64,000 nucleotides of DNA from the NCBI GenBank assembly GCA_965217775.1, contig CBDCJH010000002.1, positions 3,776,001 to 3,840,000 on the forward strand, given 5' to 3'. The notes under the pieces are model-generated. The model was given only the letters and a program-made list of their open reading frames with translations, searched no databases and was not told the DNA's origin. Each line of letters begins with the position of its first letter. The first letter of the stretch is position 1. Shown piece by piece: positions 1-9,406 of this stretch. This DNA is from Acidobacteriota bacterium (lineage in GTDB: Bacteria; Acidobacteriota; UBA6911; RPQK01; JAJDTT01). The position numbers and the translations under genes were made by a program.

Positions 1-1308
1 GCGAATGAACATTACAAGGCGGGAAAGGCTGGCTGGACCACGGACCGCGGCCGCATCTATATCATTCACGGACCTCCCGCCAACATCATGATGCGGCCCA
101 TGGGCGGTCTACATAAGCGAACCTTGCAGGAAGGCGGTGGCGCCACGACGACTTTTCCTCACGAAGTCTGGAGTTACCGCTATATCGAGGGTATTGGAAA
201 CGACGTCGAGTTCGAGTTCGTGGACTCGAATCTGAGCGGCAACTACCGTTTGGCGCTCACGCCGGACGAGAAGGATGCCCTGTTGCATACCGGCTTGGGT
301 GCAACTCTCGAAGAGAGCCTGGGGATGAAGACCCGGGCGGACCGGATCCGGGAGCAGACCATGCTGCGGCCGTTGGAGGACCGGACTCTTGGTGCCCAAA
401 AAAGCCCCATAGAACGCCTGCAAAATTACTTCCAGGCTTTCAGGAATCCTGAAATCACCTATCACGACCTGCAGAATATCGTCGAAACCCGAGTCACCTA
501 CGAGGAACTCCCGCTGGGCACTCGAGCCGACTATTTTTGGGTCGCTGGAGAGAGGTTCATGGCAACGGTGACGCTCCAGTTGGCCAACCGGGAGCTGACC
601 TACAAGCAAGACGGCGCCAGGAACGGGGCGCGCGTTGACGTGTATGGGGCGGTCCAGGACCTTTCCGGAAAGACGGCCTACGAGTTCGAGCAGACTCTTT
701 TTGTCAACACCCCCTCGGAAATCGCAATGGAGAAGGGACATACGCTCTACCAGCATGCCATCCCTCTGGAGCCGGGACGGTACAAACTGGATTGGGTGGT
801 TCGCGACCTTCATTCCGGAAAACTGGGCACCTCCGCACACGCTCTAGTCCTGCCGAGGCGTGGAAAGGACGAGTTTTTCACCAGCTCTCTCATCCTGGCA
901 GACCGCATCCGCGGCGGCTCAGGTGATCCCCTCGAGCCCTTCAACACGCTTTCGGGCCTGAAGGTTTATCCCAACGTCGAAAAGAACACCTTCGCCCTCG
1001 GCGAAAAAATCGGCTTCTATTTCGAGATCTACAACGCTGCCCTGGACTCGGCTTCAGGCAATCCGGCTCTGCAGGCCGTCCTGCGCATCCGGGGTCGCGA
1101 GGATCAGGTCGTGGAAGAACGGCGGCTGGAGGGGTGGGCTCTGAACTACGCCAACGAGCGCGCCTATGGCTCGACCATCCTGCGCCTCGATTCCATGGCG
1201 CCCGGCCCCTACCTGGCCGAGGTTTCGGTTCAAGATTCGATTTCCGGACAGAACAAGACACTCAGCTCCCGCTTCCGACTGGTTTCGTCGAAAGCCGACG
1301 GCGAATGA
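1..1308 (+). CDS. GWxTD domain-containing protein (5' end outside window)
   Basis: Frame 1 is open from base 1 and reads ANEHYKAGKAGWTTDRGRIYIIHGPP (GWxTD motif). Paralogous along its length to 9403-10980. Confidence 0.9.
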   Translation, partial: ANEHYKAGKAGWTTDRGRIYIIHGPPANIMMRPMGGLHKRTLQEGGGATTTFPHEVWSYRYIEGIGNDVEFEFVDSNLSGNYRLALTPDEKDALLHTGLGATLEESLGMKTRADRIREQTMLRPLEDRTLGAQKSPIERLQNYFQAFRNPEITYHDLQNIVETRVTYEELPLGTRADYFWVAGERFMATVTLQLANRELTYKQDGARNGARVDVYGAVQDLSGKTAYEFEQTLFVNTPSEIAMEKGHTLYQHAIPLEPGRYKLDWVVRDLHSGKLGTSAHALVLPRRGKDEFFTSSLILADRIRGGSGDPLEPFNTLSGLKVYPNVEKNTFALGEKIGFYFEIYNAALDSASGNPALQAVLRIRGREDQVVEERRLEGWALNYANERAYGSTILRLDSMAPGPYLAEVSVQDSISGQNKTLSSRFRLVSSKADGE

Positions 1309-1592
1309 TGGTCGAGGAGTGGCCATCACTTCCACCGGGAGCGCGCTCACTCCGCCCCATAGAAACGGCCTCCACCCACCAGAATACGCCGGTAGGGAAA
1401 CGCTGCCCCTCCTTATCAGTCCGTGGTGAAAGTCCCGCGAGCACCGAGACCGTTCCTGCGCCCGCCGGACAAGGCGCGATTCGGGTGCATACCGGGAGTA
1501 TGTGCCCGAATCGCAACGCCGTCCGCCGGGATGCAGGGACGGTCGAATGCCGTGATGACTTTTGCCACGGGCTGTTATGGGTCGTGTTTACG

Positions 1593-2693
1593 ATGTTCAG
1601 TCTGAGCTCGCTTCTCTGGGCTCAGACGGTGGATCTTGAAAGGGTGCAAGCTCTCATCAGTTCCGGAGACTTGGCGCAGGCGCGGCGCCTTCTCACCAAC
1701 GCCGTCGACGCAGATCCGCGATCGACGCAACTATGGGCCATGCTCGGGAGTGTGTGTGCAAGGCTCGAAGATTGGTCCGCCGCCCGGGACGCGTACGATC
1801 AGGCTCTGCTTCAGACACCGGACGACCCCAAGCTTCTGGCCGGACTGGGTTTTGTTCTGGCTCGTCAGGGGCAGTTCAAGAGCGCGACAACTGCGCTCCA
1901 AAAAAGTTTGAACCTTGACCCGGAGAACGCGTCGATTGGTTTCCTCCTGGGGCGGGTGCAGTTCGAGGCCCAGCAATTCGCAGCAGCCGTGTCCAACTTC
2001 GAGCAGGCGATAATCAAGGAGCCGAAGAACGAAACATTCTATCTTGACTACGCTCAGATTCTGGCGCAGGGACAGGCCTACACCGGGGCTGAGAAGATCC
2101 TCAAATACGGTCTTCAACAACTGCCCCAATCGGCCGCAATCCGCTTCGAGCTCGGGGTCTGCTACCAGAAACAGTTGAAGAGCCAGAGAGCACAGCAGGA
2201 GTTTCGGCGCGTGATCGAGTTGGACCCGGCCTTTCCTCGAATCCACGCCGCCCTGGCCAGTTCGCTGCTGGAAAATGGGCAATTGGAGGAGGCGGAGCCC
2301 GTACTGAAGACCGCACTGAAGATCAACGGCAGCGACTTCGACGCACGCTATCTCTACGCGGTCCTGCTCACCCGGCTGGGACGCAAGTTGGAAGCCGTGG
2401 CCCAATTCAGAAGATGTCTCGAGTTGAGAGCCGACGACGCGCGAGTCCACTACCAGTTGGGGAAGACGTTATCTGAATCCGAAGAGATTGAGGCTGCGGA
2501 ATCCGAGTTGAACACCGCAGTCCGGCTCTACCCGGAGTTCAAGGAAGCCTACCTGGAGTTGGGCCGCCTCTATTCCAAGCTGGGCCTCACCGAGAAGGCG
2601 CGGCAGGCTCTTGGCCGGTTTGAAGAAATCCGTCAGAAACAGGAGCGAGAGGACAAGGAACAACCCAGCAGAGTCCTGATCATCGAGGACTGA
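1593..2693 (+). CDS. Tetratricopeptide-repeat protein, probably exported
   Basis: Many 34-aa TPR-like units (LG...GQF..A...LQKSL.LDP). Start placed at MFSLSSLLWAQ rather than at the ORF maximum 1134; start uncertain. Confidence 0.85.
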   Translation: MFSLSSLLWAQTVDLERVQALISSGDLAQARRLLTNAVDADPRSTQLWAMLGSVCARLEDWSAARDAYDQALLQTPDDPKLLAGLGFVLARQGQFKSATTALQKSLNLDPENASIGFLLGRVQFEAQQFAAAVSNFEQAIIKEPKNETFYLDYAQILAQGQAYTGAEKILKYGLQQLPQSAAIRFELGVCYQKQLKSQRAQQEFRRVIELDPAFPRIHAALASSLLENGQLEEAEPVLKTALKINGSDFDARYLYAVLLTRLGRKLEAVAQFRRCLELRADDARVHYQLGKTLSESEEIEAAESELNTAVRLYPEFKEAYLELGRLYSKLGLTEKARQALGRFEEIRQKQEREDKEQPSRVLIIED

Positions 2694-2884
2694 ACACAAG
2701 TTGGAATTGGAATGCTGGTCCACGCTTGACAGGGCGTTATCCGTTCCATTCGCCCGCAATTCCTCGCCCCGTTTGACTTTTTTCTCCGGTCGGACTTAGG
2801 CTCGACTGCGACTTGTTCCTCCAATGCGGAATCCTTGGGCCTGTACCCGACGAACACCGTGTTCGCCAACCAGAGGGTGGGAAA

Positions 2885-5800
2885 ATGACTTCTGCACGTA
2901 GCATCATTGCGATTTTGATCGGACTGTTTCTAATTCCGGCTGCGGCCCTGGCCCAGGAGGCTCAGGGCGTCATTGTCGGGATTGTGCAGGACAAGACGGG
3001 AGCCGTCGTACCTGGTGTCGAGGTGATGGTTACGGACGTCGGTCAGGCGCGGTCGCGGGTAGCGATCACGGGGGATGCCGGCAACTACCGGGTCAGCAAT
3101 CTCGACCCCGGGGAATACGAAATCAGAGCCTCACTGGTCGGTTTCGAAACCACGATCCTGACCGGAATCGTACTGCAGGTGGGTCAGATCGCACGGATTC
3201 CGATCACACTGTCGGTGGGAGAGGTCACCCAGGAACTGACGGTTGAAAGCGTGGCTCCCATCATCCAGACCGACCATGCAACGGTGGGCGAAGTCATCGA
3301 CACGACCAAGGTGAGGGAACTGCCCCTGAACGGCCGGGACTTTTACCAGTTGGCGACGCTGACGCCTGGCGTCGTGGCGAATACTCAAGACCAGGTGGGC
3401 GTCTTCGCCCACACCGGGACCAGTATCTCGGCCAATGGTATCGGCCCGCAGTCGACCAATGTCATGGTCGATGGAATTCAAAACGTCGAGTTCGGCGCCG
3501 GCCGGCTGGCCTTCACCCCCAGCATCGACCTGATTCAGGAATTCCAGATCGTCACCAACGTTTACGACGCCGAGTTCGGCGGAACCCCGGCTGCCCAGAT
3601 CAACATGGCGACCAAGCGCGGATCTCTCGACTATCACGGCTCCATTTTCTATTTTCGCCGCAGTGACGCCCTCGATGCGCGCAACTTTTTTGAAACCGGA
3701 GCCCTCCCTCCCTTCGAGCGTGAACAGTTCGGAGGCTCCTTCGGCGGGCATGTTCCCGGATCGGAAAAGGACTTCTTCTTTTTCGTGTACGAGGGGCAAC
3801 GGCAAGCCCGTGGTCTGACACTACGGGCCAGCGTGCCCCCGGTTGCGCTTCGGAACGGGGATTTCCGGGAGTTCGGGACGACCATTTACGATCCCATGAC
3901 CACGGACCCGGACACCGGCGAGCGGCAGCCCTTCCCCAACAACGTCATCCCAGCGAACAGAATCACTCCCCAGGCCGCCTATATCTCCTCGCTGTGGCCG
4001 GAGCCGACCCTCCCCGGAACCGTGGCCAACTTCGTCGCCAACCCGGACCGGCTTCGCAACTTCGATCAATGGAGCATACGCTACGATCGCGACCTGACCG
4101 ATGCGGACAGCATCATGTTTCGTTTTACCCGGAACAAGAATTCCTATCTGGAGCCTCAGCCGAGGGGCTTCACGCTGCCGGTCAATGGATTCCGTCAGAA
4201 CCAGACTTTCGTCGGGCCGAACTGGAAAGGAGGCTGGACCCGCACCATCAGCCCGACCACGCTGAACAGCCTCAACATCGGTTACAGCAAGTTCGATCAG
4301 TGCCGCGACTCGGAGGCCACGGATCCTGAACTTTTCGGGTGTGGCGGGCCTCACGGTCCACTCACCGGACCGGAGTTTTTCGAAAATTCCGGAATCCAAG
4401 GTGTCTCGCCCGAAGCGCAACGCGCCGATATCCCCAGGATCCGGGTCAGCGGCTGGAATGACATCGCGACTTCGACCTTTGCGCCCGTCGCCTCCAAAGA
4501 GCCTCACTACCAGATCAACAACGTGTTCAGTAAGGTTGAGGGGAATCATTCCTGGAAGGCGGGAGTCGACGTCCTCGACAGCTTTTTTGAACTGAAATTC
4601 GAGGCCCGCACGCGCGGCCGGATCGATTTCGCGTCCCGGTTCACGACCGCCTCCGTGGGCTCCCCGGGAAACGAGTTCCATTCATTCGCGGACTTTCTGC
4701 TGGGACAGGTCAATTTCAGCAACTTGTTCGGAAACCCCTTGTTCCAGGAGATCGAACTGACCTGGTGGAGCTTTTTCATTCAAGACGACTGGAGCGTCCA
4801 TCCCGATGTGACGCTCAATCTCGGGCTGCGATATGAGATCTTTCAGCGCCCCGTGGAGAGGGGTAATCGTGTGGTGGCCTTCGACCTCGCGACCGAACAG
4901 TTCGTCTTCCCGGGTTCGGTGCCCAACCTGCCGGGCACCCCTCCCAATTCCGTGACCGCCGACAGCCTGGGTTATTCCCGCACCCTGCAGCATGACACGG
5001 ACCTGAATGATTACGGCCCCCGGTTGGGTTTCGCCTGGAGAATCGGTGGAGACAACAGCACCGTGTTGCGGGGTGGCTTCGGTGTCTTCTACACCTGGTT
5101 CGTGGAAGACATGCAGGTGGGTCAGGGTTTCGGCCCACCCTTCGTGCCTCAGGCCAGCAACCGTAGCGATCCGGATCGCCCGGCCGCGACTTTCGAATCG
5201 CCGTTTGCCGGCAGCGCGGCTGCCACGGTGAGACCCTCAGGAGTCGCGGTTAAAGACAACAACACCGGATATCTCTACCAGTACTCGCTGGGCCTGGATC
5301 GGGCCCTGACCCCCACGCTGGGTTTCGAGATCGGTCTGGTCGGGAATGCCGCACGCAAGATGCTTCGCAGTCACAATTACAATCAGGCGATCCCGGGGGC
5401 CGCACCCATTTCCGAACGGGTCCCCTATCCGCAGTATGGAGGCCTCACTGCCCGGCAAAGCTGGGCCAACGGCAGTTACAGTGCGCTCCAGATGAAGCTT
5501 CGCAAGGATTTTTCGGGTGGTCTGATGGGGCTGGTTTCCTATACCTGGGGAAGGGCGATCGGCCACGTGGTTCCAGGGGCGGCCTTCCGTCAACAGCCCA
5601 ACCGTAATCACAACAATTGGAAAGCGGACTACGGACCGACGCAGTGGGATATCCCTCAGATCCTTTCCCTGTCCTGGGTCTGGGATCTCCCCGTCGGCCG
5701 CGGCAAACCGGTGGGGAAGGATCTGACGGGGGTCGCCAATGCCATCTTCGGTGGGTGGAAATTCGGCGGCATCGCCAATTTCCAGGCTGGAAACAAGTTT

Positions 5801-6193
5801 ACGGTCAGCGATATTTTCAACAACTCGAACGCCGGAGGCAGCCGGCCCGACATGATCAGCAATCCGAACGGTGTCTCCCATGGCTCCAACGCCTCCGCGA
5901 TCGCCCAGTTTTTCAAAACCTCCGCTTTCGTCCGGGCGCCGAGATATACCTTCGGCAATACCGGGGTCGGGGTGGTTTCGGGTCCCGGACTGGGGATTTG
6001 GGATCTGTCCCTGTACAAGGACGTCTATGTGGCCGAGGGGATGCGAACTCAATTCCGGGTGGAGTTTTTCAACGCCTTCAACAAAGCCAATTTCTTCAAC
6101 CCGAACGGTGCGTTCGGCAGCAGCAGCTTCGGCGTGATCAGCCGGACCCGAGATGCCCGTCAGATTCAGTGGGGGCTCCGTTTCGACTTCTAG
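2885..6193 (+). CDS. TonB-dependent receptor, Oar-like, with carboxypeptidase-regulatory N-domain
   Basis: Signal peptide, GIVQDKTGAVVPG, LPLNGRDFYQLATLTPGV, FIQDDW, TLNLGLRYE and C-terminal QIQWGLRFDF. Confidence 0.93.
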   Translation: MTSARSIIAILIGLFLIPAAALAQEAQGVIVGIVQDKTGAVVPGVEVMVTDVGQARSRVAITGDAGNYRVSNLDPGEYEIRASLVGFETTILTGIVLQVGQIARIPITLSVGEVTQELTVESVAPIIQTDHATVGEVIDTTKVRELPLNGRDFYQLATLTPGVVANTQDQVGVFAHTGTSISANGIGPQSTNVMVDGIQNVEFGAGRLAFTPSIDLIQEFQIVTNVYDAEFGGTPAAQINMATKRGSLDYHGSIFYFRRSDALDARNFFETGALPPFEREQFGGSFGGHVPGSEKDFFFFVYEGQRQARGLTLRASVPPVALRNGDFREFGTTIYDPMTTDPDTGERQPFPNNVIPANRITPQAAYISSLWPEPTLPGTVANFVANPDRLRNFDQWSIRYDRDLTDADSIMFRFTRNKNSYLEPQPRGFTLPVNGFRQNQTFVGPNWKGGWTRTISPTTLNSLNIGYSKFDQCRDSEATDPELFGCGGPHGPLTGPEFFENSGIQGVSPEAQRADIPRIRVSGWNDIATSTFAPVASKEPHYQINNVFSKVEGNHSWKAGVDVLDSFFELKFEARTRGRIDFASRFTTASVGSPGNEFHSFADFLLGQVNFSNLFGNPLFQEIELTWWSFFIQDDWSVHPDVTLNLGLRYEIFQRPVERGNRVVAFDLATEQFVFPGSVPNLPGTPPNSVTADSLGYSRTLQHDTDLNDYGPRLGFAWRIGGDNSTVLRGGFGVFYTWFVEDMQVGQGFGPPFVPQASNRSDPDRPAATFESPFAGSAAATVRPSGVAVKDNNTGYLYQYSLGLDRALTPTLGFEIGLVGNAARKMLRSHNYNQAIPGAAPISERVPYPQYGGLTARQSWANGSYSALQMKLRKDFSGGLMGLVSYTWGRAIGHVVPGAAFRQQPNRNHNNWKADYGPTQWDIPQILSLSWVWDLPVGRGKPVGKDLTGVANAIFGGWKFGGIANFQAGNKFTVSDIFNNSNAGGSRPDMISNPNGVSHGSNASAIAQFFKTSAFVRAPRYTFGNTGVGVVSGPGLGIWDLSLYKDVYVAEGMRTQFRVEFFNAFNKANFFNPNGAFGSSSFGVISRTRDARQIQWGLRFDF

Positions 6194-6217
6194 GTGTTTC
6201 TAACCGGGGGGGCGCAA

Positions 6218-6320
6218 GGAGGGGCGATTTCCAGTCGCCCATTCCTCCGCTCTCCCGCCCGCTCATTCCGCCATACTCTCCTGCCCCTCGGGAGTTCGGC
6301 GGCAAGAAAGCCGCCGTTCC
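6218..6320. repeat. GGAG-type REP-like hairpin doublet between convergent genes
   Basis: GGAG-GGGCGA-tttccag-TCGCCC ... CGGCGGC-aagaaa-GCCGCCG-ttcc. Same family recurs at 24792, 32675, 43028, 49018 and 61496. Confidence 0.65.
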
Positions 6321-6331
6321 CTGCTCGACGA

Positions 6332-9300
6332 CTAAAAGTCGCGGCTTCCAACGCCGGTTGTCGCTCCCAAGTGGGTCAGATACTCGAGCAGGTCGGTCAT
6401 CTGCCGGACGCTGATGTCTTCCTGGACTCCCTCCGGCATGGCGGACACTCCCAGAGACCGGAGGCTGGCGATCTGGCTCCGGGAGATCGTGTCCTCCTCC
6501 CCCTCGCTTCGCCTCAGGGTGACCGTCGCCGGCCCTTGGCTGGCCATCACTCCGGTCAGCGCGCGTCCGTCGTTGGTCTCGACCAGATACTCCTCATAAC
6601 CGGGGACGATGTTGGAGTTGGGGTCGAGGATATTTTCCAGGAATTCGTACTTGGTCCGGCCTGAAAGGCTGAGCAGGTCCGGTCCGACTTCCGAGCCGGT
6701 TTCCCCGACCTTGTGACACTGACTGCAATGGTCGTTGAAAACGTCGCGGCCGGCAGCGATGTCCCCGGTGGTGCGGGCGGCGGCGCCATACTGGTCCATC
6801 AACGCACTCAGGTCGGGAGGAGAACTCCGCAGGAGAGTCCTGGCGCGCTCCAGGGTCTCGCCCTCCGAGATCCGAAAAAGGCGGCTCCGCCTGGCGCCTC
6901 GGATGGTCCAGGGCTGGACGGTCCCCGCCTCGACGGCGTCCAGGAGGTTGGGCACTCGCACCGGTTCTCTGAGCATCCCGTCCACTGCCGCGTTCTGGAG
7001 CGTGGCCGTGAAGGATCGCCAGCTATCGAGTAGAACTTCGGTTGACCTGGGATGGGGCAGGACGATCAGCGCGCGCGTCGCCGCCATCTGGATCTCTTCC
7101 GCCTGGCGAGGTTGCAGCAACTCTGCCAGTAGCGAGTAGTCCGCTCGCACCGGGTCCAGGGCCGCCAATCGGATGGCATGGACCCGGGATTCCAAGCCGG
7201 CTCCCTCAGCGGCGGCCAGCGCGGCAGCCTGCCGCATCAAAGACCGAAATTGGAGTGTGTCCGACAGACGGACTCCTTCCACCACCTCAAGAGACGCCGT
7301 GCCCAACCGATTCGGTTTGGACAGAAACTCCAACAGGATTCGCTGTGCTCGGGTGGGAAGGTTGACCTCCGACTCGGTCCCCCGTTTCAATCCTTCCGCC
7401 AGCCCCCCCAGGCTCGGGGCGGGCCACCACACGTCCGCATCCCCCGCGGCCTTGCGCACGGCCGCCAGAAACGCCGTCAGTTCCCGGGGCTTCTGGCGGG
7501 CTCCGATCATCCCAGTCAGCCGGCGCAGGAATAGCTGCCGGCCCTCCGTCCCTTGGGACGCGAAGTCCCGGTTCCCGATCACGGCGCGAAACCACCGGGC
7601 CGTGTGCTCCCCGGCGGCGCTGAGCACCGCGACCTGAAACCATGGGTCCTCCATCTGGTCATGGGCGACCTTGAGCAGGGGTTTGAAGGAGTCCCTGGCC
7701 GGAAGTTCCCCCAGCGTGCACGCCAACTGGAACCGGACCCGCTCATCCGGGTCCCCGGTCATCTCCATCATCCGGTCCACGATACGGCGGTCCGACAGAT
7801 AGGATTCCCCCATCCGGATCGCCTGCTCGCGAACCTCCGGGCTATCGTCTCTCAAACCGTCCAGAACCAGGTCGGCGTCCAGGGCGTCCAGCCCTTCCAG
7901 CGTCCAGAGGGCATGCATTCGGCCGCGGGCCGAGGCACGGCTGCGGGCGAGCTCCTTCAGATGGGGAACCGCCGACGGATCCTGGCGCTCGACCAGGAGT
8001 CGCTGGGCCGTGAGCCGCCACCACCGGTTGGGATGGGAGAGCCGGACGATGAGTTCCGCGGCGCCGGCCTGGTCGAGTCGAGGTGGCTCCGCCGGCTCGT
8101 TCTCGCCGTAGACGATCCGGTAGATCCGCCCGCGATCCTGACCCGCGTAAAACAGTTCGTGGTCGTCGACAAAGTCTTCACGAATCCATTCGGGGTGCTC
8201 GACGATCTTTCGGTAGAAGTCGACCACGTACAGGGCCCCGTCGGGACCCGTTGTGGTGAAGACGGGCATGAACCAACTGTCCCGGGAAGCCAGGAACTCG
8301 GACTCCTTGAAGGCGGCGGCGCCGGTATAGGTCGCCCCGCGCGCCGACACGATATCGCCGTGCACCAGATTGTGGGCCGGCTCCGCGATGAAATGGGCTC
8401 CGTCGTAAGGCTGGGGAAACCGGCCGCCCGTATAGACGCTCTGTCCGCAAGCGGATGTGAAGTGGCCGAGCTCCTTCAACAGGCGAGTCTGGCGAATGTT
8501 CTGCAGGTGCGGATCGTCGGTGATGGGATAGACCGGCGCCGGTTGTCCGTGGTCGGAAACCGTCTGCATGGGGTTGTCGACCTGGAGCTGGGGATTGCGG
8601 TCCAGGTAACGAGTCTCGATCACCGAGTGTCTCAGGTGATTGTTGTTCCAGGAGGGGAACCGGTGGCCTCTGGCATTGAAGGTGTGCCCGAACTCGGAGT
8701 TGCCGCTGACCGGCTCGATCTGCAGCTTGTCCGGCTTGAACCGAATATCCGAACGCCGCTCGAAGACGTCGACGGGTGCGATCTCGGGATGATCGGGGAA
8801 ATGGATCGGCTGGCCCTGATCGCTGAACTGCTTGAAGCGGCGGCCGACCCCGAATCTCGGGTAGGCGGCGTAGATCCAGTTGTCCATTTCATAGAGGGGC
8901 GTATTGATGCGGAGCTGGGGATTGACCTGCGCGAAACCGGTCAGGATCACCTTGCGCTGGTCGGCCCGGCCGTCGTCATCGGTGTCGGCGAAATAGAGGA
9001 TGTCGGGGGCGCAGGCGACCAGGATTCCTCCCTTCCAGGGCAACACGCCATGGGCCATGTGGAGACCGTCGACGAACACGCTGCTGTGCTCGAACCGGCC
9101 GTCGCCGTCCCGGTCCTCGAGCAGCTTGATCCTGGAGAGGGGTTGGTCGGAGATGGGATAGTCCCTCATCTCGACGACGAACAGGCGGCCGCGTTCATCG
9201 AACGCCATGGAGATGGGATCCACGACCTGGGGTTCGGCAGCCGCCAGCTCGATCCGGAATCCCGGGGCCAGTTGAAAGGTCTGGAGAGCCGCCTCCGGAG

Positions 9301-9406
9301 GGTAGGGAGGTTCCGCGTCGGAGCAGCCGCCGGTGAGAACTGCGGCCAGGACCGCGGCGAACCGGACGCCCTGTCTCAACCTCGTCCCCGCCTGATTCGT
9401 TCTCAA
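6332..9406 (-). CDS. PVC-type heme-binding (CxxCH) membrane-bound dehydrogenase-like lipoprotein
   Basis: Lipobox LTGGC, N-terminal propeller (AAEPQVVDPISMAFDERGRLFVVEM), HEAT repeats, and a C-terminal cytochrome c with CSQCH...GPDL...SAMPEG. Confidence 0.88.
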   Translation of the reverse strand: MRTNQAGTRLRQGVRFAAVLAAVLTGGCSDAEPPYPPEAALQTFQLAPGFRIELAAAEPQVVDPISMAFDERGRLFVVEMRDYPISDQPLSRIKLLEDRDGDGRFEHSSVFVDGLHMAHGVLPWKGGILVACAPDILYFADTDDDGRADQRKVILTGFAQVNPQLRINTPLYEMDNWIYAAYPRFGVGRRFKQFSDQGQPIHFPDHPEIAPVDVFERRSDIRFKPDKLQIEPVSGNSEFGHTFNARGHRFPSWNNNHLRHSVIETRYLDRNPQLQVDNPMQTVSDHGQPAPVYPITDDPHLQNIRQTRLLKELGHFTSACGQSVYTGGRFPQPYDGAHFIAEPAHNLVHGDIVSARGATYTGAAAFKESEFLASRDSWFMPVFTTTGPDGALYVVDFYRKIVEHPEWIREDFVDDHELFYAGQDRGRIYRIVYGENEPAEPPRLDQAGAAELIVRLSHPNRWWRLTAQRLLVERQDPSAVPHLKELARSRASARGRMHALWTLEGLDALDADLVLDGLRDDSPEVREQAIRMGESYLSDRRIVDRMMEMTGDPDERVRFQLACTLGELPARDSFKPLLKVAHDQMEDPWFQVAVLSAAGEHTARWFRAVIGNRDFASQGTEGRQLFLRRLTGMIGARQKPRELTAFLAAVRKAAGDADVWWPAPSLGGLAEGLKRGTESEVNLPTRAQRILLEFLSKPNRLGTASLEVVEGVRLSDTLQFRSLMRQAAALAAAEGAGLESRVHAIRLAALDPVRADYSLLAELLQPRQAEEIQMAATRALIVLPHPRSTEVLLDSWRSFTATLQNAAVDGMLREPVRVPNLLDAVEAGTVQPWTIRGARRSRLFRISEGETLERARTLLRSSPPDLSALMDQYGAAARTTGDIAAGRDVFNDHCSQCHKVGETGSEVGPDLLSLSGRTKYEFLENILDPNSNIVPGYEEYLVETNDGRALTGVMASQGPATVTLRRSEGEEDTISRSQIASLRSLGVSAMPEGVQEDISVRQMTDLLEYLTHLGATTGVGSRDF

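Noticed and set aside
1305-1590. Possible IS end or remnant (gatgacttttgccacgggctgtta) and the long N-terminal extension of the TPR ORF
   Set aside because: Only a vague resemblance, with no partner end or transposase in the window. The extension looks non-coding.
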